Source: Rotaria socialis (taxonomy: Eukaryota). From it: DNA of 64,000 bases. The translations under genes were made by a program, and so were the position numbers. Under the pieces are notes generated by a model. It had not been told where the DNA came from, ran no database searches, and was given only the letters and a program-made list of their open reading frames with translations. The stretch is taken from assembly GCA_905331295.1 (NCBI GenBank), contig CAJNYD010000314.1, positions 1 to 64,000 of the forward strand, given 5' to 3'. This document shows positions 40,803-54,534 of the stretch, piece after piece (position 1 is the stretch's first letter; the number at the start of each line of letters is the position of its first letter).

Positions 40803-41314
40803 TTAATGCGGATCAATATTTCGAATGAAAATAACAAGACCAAGAGCCAAATAAATAAATAGTGCAATCACATACGTTGCCAAAGACCAAGATAATGAAC
40901 GCCGTGAATATATTAATGCTTGTTCAAAATATTCTTTACGCTCACAATGTAAAGATTTAGCAGCATAAAAAACGGCAACAACACCTGAATTAAATATATA
41001 ATTTGAAACATGTTGATTAACTAATTTTCACCTACCGGTAACGAAGAATAGTAAGGTTGCAAAAATTGCACAAACAAGATGTCGTCTAGGATGAGCTTTT
41101 TTATACGTATATGCTTGAAATGGACTGCGCTCTACTACGTCTATGCAGATTTTTTAATAGCAAAAATTCATCATTTAGAAGAGAGAAAAAACATTTTATT
41201 ACCAATTGTTGTGTCACCTCGTTCACCAACCAAGGACGGGCCGGATGTTGACCATCGACATGGAGATAATTTTTGATGCGTATGAAGAGCGGAACATGCT
41301 CTTGATGAAAACAT
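40803..41314 (-). CDS. CD225/dispanin (IFITM-like) small membrane protein, 132 aa, 3 exons
   Basis: Exons 41314-41203, 41140-41036 and 40984-40803 (399 nt, GT-AG introns) encode ..AHPRRHLVCAIFATLLFFVTGVVAVFYAAKSLHCERKEYFEQALIYSRRSLSWSLATYVIALFIYLALGLVIFIRNIDPH*. Not in the ORF track. Confidence 0.8.
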
Positions 41315-42780
41315 AATTAATATTAACAAATTTTTACAATGAGGATTTCATTTCTATAAATAGTAGATTTTGTTTCCTTCGTTATTAGTAATAAATTAAA
41401 TCTTCGTATTTGCAATGGGATCAAGAAAGGTGACATCTTACTATAAAAAAATGAAACACATAATCAAGAAAACTTCAGCAGCGTTTTTCTTTCTTTGTGC
41501 TCATCAATAAGTACCTATGGTTACTACACACATTCTATTTTTGAACTAAAGAAGATAAACTCCTGTTTTAATATAATATAGAATGGTAACTATTGAACTA
41601 TGTTTAGTGAACTATCTTATTTTTGATCCGCTTAACAAAAAGCAAAAGCAAGCTCATAATGTACAATCTCAATCTAAATAATTCTTGTTAATCATAAATT
41701 ACCTTAAGAAACGCCTGTCAACTTCGTCAAAGACGTTGCCGTTATATTCAATATATACATAACGCCAAATCAAATGAAAATTTTCATTCATTATTTGTTT
41801 AAATACTGACAATGGAGTAGTGCTATAAAATAAAAAGAAGGAGAAGTCATACTGAGAATGACATACGGAAGTCGTTCGTTCGCTTGCGTGTGATGATCAC
41901 AATCAATTATTCTATATGAGAGTATGTGCACACCAAAGTGATAAAGTATGAAACAGAAGAATGTGACAGTCAAAAAACACAAAAGGAAGAATTGACTTAG
42001 CCAGATTAATTACAAGAGCGTGCAGAGAGCTCCTCATCGTAAATAAAAGCACCTTTTTATATTGGTAATTGAGAGAAGGTTTGTTTTAATTTCTAACTGT
42101 CAATTATCAAAGAAATTTTACAAAAACTAGTAAAGATGAATATTTCAGTATTCAAAGTTTATATCGAGTATCGCTCTAGATTATAAATTAATGATAAAAT
42201 TCTCTACTGCGTGCTTTGATATACACTTTCAGCTATAAGCATATGAGACCTACGAAGCGCTTTTTATAGTCAGAAATCCCTTAGTGTAAATAAGCAATGA
42301 ATCTATTTAATCAAAAGCTGTTCGTTGGCATAGGACCAGAAGTTTTTATGTTGATAACTCAACCTGTGATAACGATAGATAAATAAGATCTTGTTATTAT
42401 TACCATGATGTGATCGCTTACGAGAGAAATGGAAATGCTGTTTTATTTTATCTTATCTTAAATAGTATAATTATTAACCACGATGATATCGCCAATTTCT
42501 TTTCTTTCTCTTTGTATTCTAGAATCGAAAAAGAAACTTTACACTTACTCACATATATTTATACCGCCAGGTTTCGCTAATAATCGAGCATTCTAAAGGA
42601 ATAAAATACCTTACTCCTCCTTGTGAAGGGCAATAATAGTATTCAAGAGTTTGTTGTCATTCTTTATAGAATGAGTGTATTCATATATGAGAAAATAAGA
42701 TGCACAATCTACAATCTACTGCTGTTGTTTTCTTTTCCTTGTAATCTTTACTAGTTAATGATATTTTCTTTTTCTCTCCT

Positions 42781-42812
<32 letters not shown>
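42781..42812. repeat. (TC)n microsatellite
   Basis: Run of tc units with one interruption, read directly. Confidence 0.9.
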
Positions 42813-42813
<1 letters not shown>

Positions 42814-44650
42814 TTATTTTCCCCTCCTCTACTACTCAAGATGAACGCAAACGATAAAAGTGAATAATGACGACACGTGTATATATTTCTCTTGCACAGC
42901 TAAAACCATCATCGTCATATATTAGTATAAGTTTGTTCTTTGCCTTTTTACTATCTTGCTTTGACAGTGCTGGTAGCATACCAAGAGACTCTAGAACGTC
43001 AGTAGTCTGATGTTAATATATCAGTGAAGCCGAAGAAAAAATAGAACAGAGCTGATGATGCAAAATAAGAGGAAAGGGAAAAGAAAATCTGATGAGGTTC
43101 GCGTGTATGAACGCACAACAAGTTAGTATCATATTGTGCTCATAAATCAGCAGACATGGAAAGTCCTGCATCAAGGCAACATACAAATATATATATATCG
43201 ATCGCTCATGAACATCTATGGATAAGAGAAAATAGACACGAACTTGATTCCCAAAAGATTCGCTTCAACAAACAGCACGACTCGAACGAAACGAGGATCA
43301 AAAGTAAACGATTTATCGTATCAATTGGTATCAGCAGAGTATATGACGATGCTCGACATATGCTTGAAACTAAATGAATCTTTTATTTTTATCCTTTTTC
43401 CATATTTGAGAAGTAGGCTAAAACAAAAGTTTGTTTTTTGTTTGTGGTGATGCTGGCTTGAAAAGGATTCCTACGCATAGATTCGTGATCTATTTCTTTC
43501 CTTTTCTGGCCTCAATGGAGCAAAACCATGCTTTGGAATGTGTTTGAAATATATTGATATACTTATTAGATGAATCAGTGATTTTTTTTACGGTTTGACA
43601 AAGTGAAAAATACTAAATCGAACTGACCCGTTTTTATCGAATATAAAATTTTGCATAGGGATGAGTGATTATTTTCGATTTTTATTTTAATTGATCTAGA
43701 TAAATTATAATTCAATGAGCAAAAGTTATATCATATAAGCGACAAATTATTCTGCCAAATATTTCTATAAATAACGACTAAAATATACATTGCATTTATA
43801 CGGATTCTGAAACAGCCATTTTTGCCTCGAGCTATTCATTTAATTGGGTCTGATTTTTTTAGACTGAAATCATAGATAAACGTAATTTAGCATCACCTTT
43901 CATAATATCATTAATGGGAGATGTGTGGCATTAAAATAGTAAATGTTCGATTGCAATGGAATATAGTTTTAAATATCTTACTGATAGCAAGATTACAACT
44001 AGAGGGATTCAAGGGTCTCTTTTAACGATTTTTGTACTCGTTCTTAATCTATACAGATAGATATTAGACACTATGAATTGATCCGATGCTAAGAAGAAGT
44101 AAAAACAAAGGGAAGGCTTGCACCATATGGAAATCTTTCTAGGCCGATGTTTTGGCGTTTGACAGATTTAATTCGAGTTTGCTTGATGAATGTCAACATA
44201 TCATCAATTACTCATTATATAAGTTACGAATATTCGAAAATATATAATTTCTCTAAATAATTGTGGCTTGATTCTTATATGAAAGAGTGCAATACGAAGA
44301 TCAAAATAAATTGATCGTAGGAAGATTGTGTCGAATAAAAATATGACGCAGCTAATCTAATGGAAATTAACATAAATTGTAGATTCTAGTTAATATTCTA
44401 ACGATATTCAATATTGATTTATATGTTGATTGATGACGAACAAAGAAACCGATGAACTCCGTCTTTTGTTTTGGTTTTAAATATCCGATAATAAGATTCA
44501 TATTTTTCTTTCTTTGAATTGAAATAACATGTTTTTATTGAACTATCACATTTATTTCTGACATCCAGCTTAACAAAGTTTCGTTCGTATATGTTTTAGT
44601 CAAACAAAAAACAACAGCAACAAATGATTAATCAGAAAATAAAATAAAAG

Positions 44651-47339
44651 TTAGTTCTTGCCAGAAAAATTCGTCGCCGATGAATTCTAAATTTCCAAGC
44701 AAACAGAAAAAAAGAAATGGAATTTTCAAGAAAATAAATTTCGAACTTTTTTCTTACCATTATTGTTAAAAACTTATTGATACTCGTCGTAGTAGCTGTT
44801 GATGATGACGAGAATGATGATGATGATGACGACGATGATAAAACTAAATAAAAGCAGAGCAGCTAAAACCATTTGTCTATCTACTGAAGTTGCTTCTGTC
44901 TCTTGTGTGGGGAAACGAAATCACATAGATAACTTCTATATGATATCCTTATAGTTCTCAATCGCTCCGTCGATATTGCCGTGGGATATGCGGTGCCATA
45001 ACAATAAGAAGTCTAAGTATCTTCGGGGGACAGAAACACGTTCTTCGTCGTCCTTGCATATTTTCTTGCTGAAAAAATTCAATTGCATACCATTATTATC
45101 TACAAATTCAGTTTTAAATGTCATTATTGTACAAATAACTAACGAAATGATGCCAATTATCATTAATACCTACACAAAATACGAAATTCAGCAATTGAAA
45201 ATCATTATAACAAAAGCATTCTTACTTTTGTTTTGAGAGTGCTCAATCCATGAGGCATCACATGAAGAGCAATGATTGCAGGTAGTATATAACAAATTAA
45301 TTGCCCACTGGTTGCGCCAGTTAACGCTAAGACGAATTCAAGGTTAGGAATAAATATTGCAATAAGTGTCGGTAAAAACACGACAATAGCTGTAAATACA
45401 ATGATTAATCGTCTAGGAATAATATGACGTTCGCCAAAAAGAGATTGTTGTTGCTAGAAGAATGAAAAATAATTTTTAGCGAATAAATATCCATTAGATA
45501 GACAAAAATTCATGTTTACTTGATTGTTCCATAATGTATACAAGCTTATACGTGTCGGATTAACCATAAATGGAATACCCGTTGTACAATTAAGTATAAA
45601 ACCCCATAAAAATATTTGTTGAAATAAATTTTTCGGGAATATTTGCATGACATTTCCTGGTATGAATGCATACGTTGGAAAAAACGCCAAATATCCAAAG
45701 ATACCAGCCTAATAATGAAACAAAATTTATTTTCTTCAAATAAAATCAACGTTCATCTTACAATAAAATACATCAGTCCAACAATGGTCACTGATAAATC
45801 AATGACATCATTCATCGCATGTGAAGTTGCATCAGATAATTCAGAAAAAACAACAAATAACATTCTAAAATTGGAAATAGATATTGCGTCATCGGCAGAT
45901 AATAAACGTTTTTCCTAAGTAGATACTATTGAACAGTTGTGATGAACGTTTTTGACTTAACACTTCAACAATTTTTGTTTTTATTTATAGAAAAGCAATT
46001 TTATTCAGTATTATTAGTATCTTAATTGAATGCTTTAAGCAGACGTGAAGAAGATAGTTTCCGTTTCAATCTTACCAGTGTCGGCACTAATCGTTTTTTA
46101 TGAGGAAAATTAGGCGTATCTAATCGTTTAAAGTCTCTATTGAATATCATATGCATACAGTCTCCGTGCTTTACGAGTACATATGGCTTAGTCCCGGTGG
46201 AGCCGAAACACAAAAAAGAGAAGAATTGCTAAATTTCACTGGTAATGAGAAGATAACAATAAATCGTCTTTCATCAAAATGCTTTCTACTTCAATTCTTC
46301 TTTTCCAATACCGATTGGAAACAATAGTGGGATATATTTTCTCTTATAAATTCTGCACATAAAATTTAATAAATTGATTTTCTTACGTTTGACATGAAAA
46401 TGAAAGTGATATAATTGGTAAACTAACAAATATTCCACTCCATCTCCAGTAAACAATTTTGTTCAGATTTAATAGTATGCTAGTTGAGTTCAATCCACAT
46501 TGAACAAAGCTCTAGACAAATAAAAATAAATATCGAATCGTGCTCATTTTTATATTAATTACATATAGGCCAAACAATAAATAGAATATAATCGATTGAA
46601 TTGATATCGGCGTTAAATGATCAAATCGTTCAGATAAACTCAATGGGAAAGAAACCGTAAATGTCAATATGAGAATGACTAAACCTCGTATCAACTGTGA
46701 GTTCTAAACCGATGAATAGAACGACTATGAATAAATAATGTAAAAAGAAACCGAATTGAAATTCACCGTCACATCAAGTGTTTGTGCAACAACTACTGAA
46801 CCAAGATCACCAACAATCATTTGATAAGCAACAATAGAACCTAATAAAAGGCCGATGGAACTGAAATGGAAAAATAAATATTTATCATTTTTATTGGTAA
46901 AAGTCTTTCGCGTTTGCTTTAAAAACTACCTCAATTCCACAACTAATTTCATGGTGCGTCCTATAATCTTTTTTAAAATGAATTAAATTCAATGAAATCA
47001 ATTAAAATTTCTATTCTCACCCGTAGCACGTAATGCTAAATATTCATAGGTTGCTGAATTACTTGCATGAGCACTTGAAATAAGAATTTTACATGAATAT
47101 GACGTGATTATTGCAGAGATAATCATAAGTAGTGTTGCTAAAATAATTCCGCACTAGAAATGAAAATTTTGAAATATAGTGGTTTTTGTTTAGTAGTTTT
47201 CATCGATTAAAATATCAATTACTTGATGGTAACAATATGGCATCGAGAGAACCGACACACCAACAATAGCATTTGATAAACTTAAAACACTTTTCTGAGG
47301 AAAATTTGGCTGTAAAAATTTGCTAATGCTTAGGTGCAT
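44651..47339 (-). CDS. SLC38A10: SLC38 (Aa_trans) amino-acid transporter, SLC38A10-like, multi-exon
   Basis: LSNAIVGVSVLSMPYCYHQ|CGIILATLLMIISA.., ATYEYLAL, FTVSFPLSL, SFSCQT, IPNLEFVLALTGATSGQLICYILPA. Ser-rich tail ending NFSGKN*. 3' exons inferred. Confidence 0.75.
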
Positions 47340-47776
47340 CGTAAATCTAGAAATAAATAGAAAATTTTGCATAGCTAATTAATGAAGATTATTATAATAA
47401 AGTATATGAAACTATGCGAGTTAAGAACAATATATAAATCTTGAAATCAATAATTACAGTTGGTATGAACAAAGATTGCAGTAGGAAAGAGATTTTCCTG
47501 CATGGAAAACCTTCTTCTCCTTGCCTATCTTTTTTCTCTCGAATAAAATATTCAAACATACTTCTCGCATTGAACATCAGAAAACGAAAGTGTCTACACT
47601 ATTAAATTAAGTCCCAGTATCTTAGAATAAATAACGTAATGACAATGTACAACAACATGAAAAGAAAACAAGCAAAATTAAATATCACTCTCAATCATCG
47701 CACGTGATCTACCTAACATAAGAGAGGGCCGCAAAAATATTTAAAAAATAGTTTTTTCTAAATCGACTCCATTCAG

Positions 47777-50700
47777 TTATTGTTGTAGAACATCGCGAAA
47801 AGCAATTGAATAGGGTTGCATTTGTTTCAAGAAAATATTTAACATATCAGTTAAAGCTTTTGATTTAATATTTTCAGCCGCTTCTGGTATTTGTGTTATC
47901 AGGGTTTTCAATTTATTTGATGTTTCATTTTCCATACAACGACCAAGACATTCTTGCAAAGCAATTATGTCTAAGCATGCTTGCATACTACCAGCTTTAC
48001 TAAATTGATTGATATTCGAATATAATTTCACCAGTTCATCAACTAATGTTGACAATATTCGCGATAGAACAAGAAATACCAATTGACTACTGATAGAATA
48101 AATTTCAGCGTGTACACGAGCTAAATCAAGTATAATATGTTTAACATAATCTTTAACTGCCGTTACACGCATATGTGTTGCCCAATCGAATCTTCCGGAA
48201 TACATACGAGCTTCCAAACGATGTAAAAATGGTCGAAGATATTCAGTTTGTACTGTTTCTAATAGTTGTTCATCAACACGTTTATATATTGTTTCGATTT
48301 CCTCATAGACACGATCCATACCACGAAAACCATAATTAAGAAAGATTTTTTTTAAACGTGGAAGTATAAAACGACGTGTGTAAACAAAATTATTGAATAC
48401 TATTACTAAACACGTTGTTTTTGATAGATGTTCAGATGAGTTTGTCATTGTCGTTGACGACGATAATGGTTCAATGGAATTTGACGGTGCCGATGAACAA
48501 TCTTTTATCAGAATTTGAAATACACTTGCAAAATCAGCTAACAAACGATAAACAGCAATGGCTGCTTGCTTTATTGCTTCTTTATCATCAAAAAACTTAA
48601 AAGAACAAACGAGAGAGAGAGAGATTTTGTCCTATTTAAATAGATCAATATACTAACTTTTCGTTCGCCTTTGGTTACATTAACAGAAAGAACATTTTCA
48701 TAGATGATACTTGCTTTAGATACAATCATATCATGAAATATATTTGGTAATTTTGTATGAGAACCAAGTTGTTCGTCGTATTCTAATTCCCAAGTTTCAT
48801 TCGTATTTAAACGAGATACTTCTGCAAGAGAAAGAAAAACACTTGAAATATTTTCCTAAAAACTCATTATAAACTTGAATACTTTTAAAATATACTCAAT
48901 CATTATAAAGAAAAACCTTACCACGAGTTTCTAGTCGTTTATGAAAAAGCATCAAGGGGGAAAGGCGGATTTGACATTTTTAGCATTTTCGAAATCCTAA
49001 AATGTGAATGATCGAATATGTAGGTCTCACGATCCTTAAAATATTTTAAAGTTTTCAGCGCAAACGGATGTTTCCTTCCCAAGATAATGAATACGCAAGA
49101 AATGCTCATTTCACGGCACGGCAAGAAAATCCAGTTTTTTTGAAAATTCAATATTTTAAGACGAAAACATTTGTTCGAGTTGAAACTTTTCGGATTTTCT
49201 ACGAACCATGAGAACTATATATAGGAAGAATTTCAGGTCGAAACTACGTCATTAACAGGGGGAAATGCTTTTCAATTTTGAGATTTTGGGTTTTTTTTCG
49301 GATTTAAAATCCCAAAAAATCCACCGTTTCCCCTCGAAAAGCATTCATATTTAAATAATTAATATTTGTTCGGCGGCTGAATTGAATGGCAAGGCAGATG
49401 AATTTGTTAAATGAGACTAATGAGGAAATCTCATGAAATACTTTCTTCTGATTAGTATGATAATAGTAAACTTTGTGTCTTGACAGAATTCAACTAGACT
49501 AACTCTCATTAAAATACTTAGAAGATACATACAATCAGGCTTTTTATATGCGCAAAATTTAAGATCGCGATATGTACAACAATCTGATAGCTTCTCAGTC
49601 AAATCGTTCCACAGTTTTTATTTGAACTCTATCAAATATCTCAAGAAACAAAAAAGACATTTTCATATCCTCTCCGGAACGTCGTTAACCACTTTTTATA
49701 TAGCTCTTGTTTTGGATCGGCTTGCAACAACCGGATAATATCTATCCAAATTAATTCTACCAGAAAATTCTAAACATGCGTCGAGTGAATATTTAGCGCG
49801 AAGATATTCGTACTATCGATCAACTATTTTCAGAACTATTCAAGAAGCAACAATTTAAAATAATTGATATTTACCTAAACAAGCATGGTCCATGATAACT
49901 TTAAAACATTCTAAACGTAAATCGAACATAAGCTGTTGTAAATCTTGTTTAAAATCAGCTGGTATATCAAGTGAAGCAAGATGCAGTACACATAAACTAT
50001 GAAAAGGATAATTAGAAGAAAAATTTGTTCGAAAAAAAACAAAAATACCGGCAATTCTGTATGCAATGTGGTAATGTTTTAACACGTTGATAAGTTTCAT
50101 CAGCATTTGAGTATAGGTCACCTTCTTGTGAAGATACCATATCTGATTTTGATAATGTTGATCGATTTAATAAATTAAGTCGGACAACACTAATAAATGT
50201 TTGAATGATTTCTTTTGTTAATGTCTAAAATATAATAATTAATGCTATTGGTGTCTCCGATGTAAAAAAAAGAAAAGACGCACTAAGAACTCTGGCGGTT
50301 TATGCATATAAGTTCGATCGATTTCTTCAGATTTCTATCGCGATGAAAAATATATAAATTTATTCAGAGAAAATTTCATTTTTAATTTACTTCAGATAAG
50401 GGATAGAGTTTCTTTTTTTGATACAATTGTATTAAATACCATAGATCAGGAAAAGCTGTTGTTAGTACATCACATGCTTGATCTACCAAAGATGTTGCTT
50501 GATCATGAATGTGAAGTTTTAATTCATTAGCTAGAAGAATAAATAGATTGAACTCGAACAAAGCAATTTTTTAAGCACATCACTATTTGTAAATTTTCTT
50601 AGGGTCGAATTCATTTTTCAGCTTAAGGATAACCGCTAGAGACTTTCTTCCTATCTTACGGATGTAAACAGAGATCGTATTTCCAGCTTACAGACACCAA

Positions 50701-53369
50701 TAAAAATAAATTTGTGCCTATATTTCAGATTTTGTCGGTACCTTCTCACGGTAAGATACAACTATAGTAACAGCATGCCTTATCTGCAAAGTCATGGCAA
50801 AAAAGATCTTAAAAATCTAATAAATTTGCAAAATACTTCAGAGAAAATAAAAATATTTACTTTGTAGAAGTTGTTTCGGATCTACTACACATGATCGAAG
50901 TACGTCGATAAGTGCAGCCTTCTGATGTATAATACAATCCCATGCTGGATCAGCTCTTGGATCAAGCGAATGTAAATAACGAATAAAAAGTTTTTGATCA
51001 TCAATTGATGATGGAAATTCTGTTAGACGTTGTCGAAATAATGTACGTAAATTATGAATTTGTTGTTCGACTTCTCTTTGAACTAGAATAAGAAGAAAAT
51101 AGCTATTCATTTTGGCCAATATTTTAATGCAAACCACATACTATTGCGAAATACTTTCGAATCAACATTTTCGAATGCTGCGCGAGCTCGTACAAGATCA
51201 TTGATCACTTTTTCGTATTCTTCCTATTTTGAAAAGAAAAGCAAAAAACTAGAATTTGTTTATTTCGAAGAAAAAAAATCAAATTACTCGTTTGACACTA
51301 CGTTCAATAGTTTGTGGTAAATGAAAAATAAATTTATATCTTTGTATAACATTTAATGCATTGCGTATTGTGTCTGAATAATCTTTTCGGGCTAAATCTG
51401 TATCGTACATGGAATGAGCAATACGAGAAATTTCTTTAATAATAAAAAGAAAAGAAACAATTTTAAAAGAAACAACAATAAAAGGTGAAGACCTTCAATT
51501 AATTTTATCACTGGTTCATAAAAATTTTTCTTGCGATCATCTGCCGATAAACGTCGTATGTCTAAAAACAATTCAGAAATAAGGTTAGGAAATTTTCTTT
51601 GATTGAATAAGCAAACCTTTCATTATATCGACGGCTTCCATAAATGATGCTATATTATTTTTAACAAGTGTTGTTGATGCACCTTTATTGTCAGAACGAG
51701 TTTTCTTGAGATGTTCAAGATTTTTACGTAATTCATCAAAACTAGATAGATTTTAATTGTTGTTCGAAAATAAAAGCAAACGTTTTACTTACTTTGCATT
51801 GGATTTATGAGCCAGTAAATAGTAGTATGGATTGAAATTTGGTTGAGTTATATCTGTACTACCTAAACAAGAATATAACACACAAAATTAGTTCCTTTTA
51901 CGAACCGAAATGTTTTGTGATTTAGTAGTCGCTGTGTGTTTAATTATTTTTCAGGAATGACGAGCTTCCGTAGACAAAAAGTGAAACAATTAGCTGCTTT
52001 CAGAATGTTGGAGTGTGGGATTAAAAGCTCAGCAAAGAACTTTTTCCTTGTTTTTTTTACTTTTAGAAAAAAATGAGTTGTAACTCATAGAGACTAAAAT
52101 TTCTCAAGATGCGAATTAAAATGTTGGTTAGAGGGATCGATCGGTCTAACTAATACATTTTACTTCAATACTATGAAAGTTTATTTTGAATTTCACTTAA
52201 GTTCACTTCCTTATATTTCACAGCGTCTCCGTGAACAGTTTCATTAACTCTACCAGCGCCAAGAGTTTCATTAAATAGAAATGAGATTCTTCATCAACTC
52301 ATACCGAATCTTTCTCTTGCTTCTTTTCATCTACTCATCCACGGAATATAGTCCATATTTAAGAACCTCCTTACTCAAATCCTTAATTCAAAAACGACAA
52401 ATTCTGAATGGTACTGCAAAAAGTGGTGGTGTAACACCTAAACCACCGGGTAGTGATAGTAGTTCTAGTCATACTATCATATCAGCATCATCAACACAAC
52501 AGTCGCCGATTCATCAGATATTTTCTTCGACACTAACAACAACAATACTCATGCGAAATGACTTAGCACAAGATCGTTCAGTTAAAGATACGATTTTATC
52601 GAATTCAAATTCAAAAACCGGTCTTATTGCTTCTATTCTCGCGCCAACTGGTATTGTAGGTGTAATCGGTGCTGTAATTGGAACTTTGTTTTACAAAAAA
52701 AATCAAAATAATTCATTAGCCAATGGAGCTCAAGGATTTTTAAGTAGAATTTTCAATAGGAATTCTAATGAAATTATAAAATAATAAATTAGTAGAAAAA
52801 TATTTACTCGTTGGAAACATATCATAAAGTTCTTCTGCTGGAGTTGCACTACTGTAAAGAAAAAACATAATCAATAGAATATAAGAAGATTTTTAAAAAT
52901 AACTTACGAATTATCAGTAGTTGATCCACTAAGTGTATCACCAGTACCAGGTAAAAAAGCTGGTGTTTTTGATGCATTCAGACCAAATAAAGCAACTGAA
53001 TCTTCTTCAACCCATACAGCAACTTCTTGAAATTGTCCTTTTAAATAATTTCGTTTTCTTTTAAAATTTAAAGTTCCTTTAGTGTAAATTACCTGCTTGT
53101 TCAACTCGTCCGTAGAATCCAACGGAGCAGGAACCAACCCCACCACTTTTTGTTATAACAACAACATCACCTTTACCTTGGCCATTTCCTGAATAGGCAA
53201 TTATTTTATTTGGACTAATCCATGCAGCTGTGGCTCGACAATCATCACCACAAATTTTTAAGCCAATAAAATCTTTTTCCTCGATACCCAAATGTTCGCC
53301 ACGAATCGTTATTTTTATACCTGGGCAACCTTCACGAGGTGATATACCAGTTACAAGAGGTGGAGGCAT
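47777..53369 (-). CDS. EXOC2: Exocyst complex component 2 (Sec5), multi-exon
   Basis: N-terminal IPT/TIG domain MPPPLVTGISPREGCPGIKITIRGEHLG..GDVVVITKSGGVGSCSVGF, AVWVEE, NALNVIQRYKFIFHLP, DPAWDCI, long last exon with VKDYVKHIILDLARVHAE and QACLDI. Confidence 0.92.
48953..49336. mobile_element. MITE with 8-bp TSD (hAT/P-like, 384 bp) inside an EXOC2 intron
   Basis: TIRs CAAGGGGGAAAGGCGGATTT / rc CGAGGGGAAACGGTGGATTT. Perfect TSD aaaagcat at 48945-48952 and 49337-49344. Confidence 0.75.
52281..52784 (+). CDS. Hypothetical type I membrane protein (signal peptide, Ser/Thr-rich stalk, TM), nested antisense in an EXOC2 intron
   Basis: 167-aa ATG ORF wholly within the EXOC2 intron 52807-51863. 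TM GLIASILAPTGIVGVIGAVIGTLFY followed by KK. AATAAA at 52783-52788. Confidence 0.7.
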   Translation: MRFFINSYRIFLLLLFIYSSTEYSPYLRTSLLKSLIQKRQILNGTAKSGGVTPKPPGSDSSSSHTIISASSTQQSPIHQIFSSTLTTTILMRNDLAQDRSVKDTILSNSNSKTGLIASILAPTGIVGVIGAVIGTLFYKKNQNNSLANGAQGFLSRIFNRNSNEIIK

Positions 53370-54534
53370 TTGAAATGCTTGTCTGAAATGATGATCTAAA
53401 ACTCATTAAGACAAATACAACAACAACAACAATAACAACAACAAAAACTATTTCATACACGATGTGTGGTGCATAATCGTGAAAGCAATGAGAAGAAATT
53501 AATACAGATACAGGAACGATCGAGAATATTACAGGGAAATCGGATACAAAATCAAGAATATTGTATATCAAATTTCTTTATCCAATTAGATGGGGAATGT
53601 AGAGAAAATTTCCATGCTTTTTTATACGCATAACAACTGAATTTGCATCAAGCAAGATAATATTTCGCTATAAAAATACAGCTATCGTATTTATTAATGT
53701 AGTATCTTCATTGTATAAATAAAAAAGTTGTTTTTATCGTCAAAAGCATTCTTAGCGTAGTATGGTTTACATCTTCGATAATCACATCTCTATACGTAGG
53801 GTATATCTTTCAAACGAGACAGTCTTCGGAATGGTGTCAACTGCTTGGCCAATCATTCGCTCACCGATTGAAGCGCTACAATCAACGCATACATTTTTCT
53901 GATAATTCAGTTTTGGTATGATGTATGCGCAAATTAGAAAAATAAGTTATTAAAATGTCATGATTATAAAAATGGATGATAGAATCTTCATCAACTGTAT
54001 CGATTTTAATTGGATCAATTAATGCTCATAAATGTTATCTCCCTTTCGCCATCGATAGTTGCTATCGGTCTTTAAGAATTACCTTTGAATTGTTTATCTC
54101 TTCTCAACAAAAGTCTGAATATCAATGAATAAAATTAATTGAAAAAAATATAACCGATTTATAATTTATTTTCTTGTGCTCGATGAAGTGTATATTCTTT
54201 TCTTATCGTTTACTCGGTAGAAAATAATTTTTTTGTTAATCAATAGCTACTGCTCAAGTTCGAGTAGCTACTTTTCGTTTATGTTAATTTTACAAAAACG
54301 ACGTTAGTTTTCTTTGATCTACGAAACAAACAATATAGGTGAAATATTTCTTTATTGAGCGATTTAAATTATCGGCGTAAACATATTCGGTATCCGAAAT
54401 AAAATCTTAATTCATATGTTCGTTCATCATCAACCGATAGAATATTATGTCGAACTTGAATATTTCACATACAATCAATTAACTATTGAACACTACTACT
54501 GACAAGATAGTTATTTATATATTCTATATTATAG

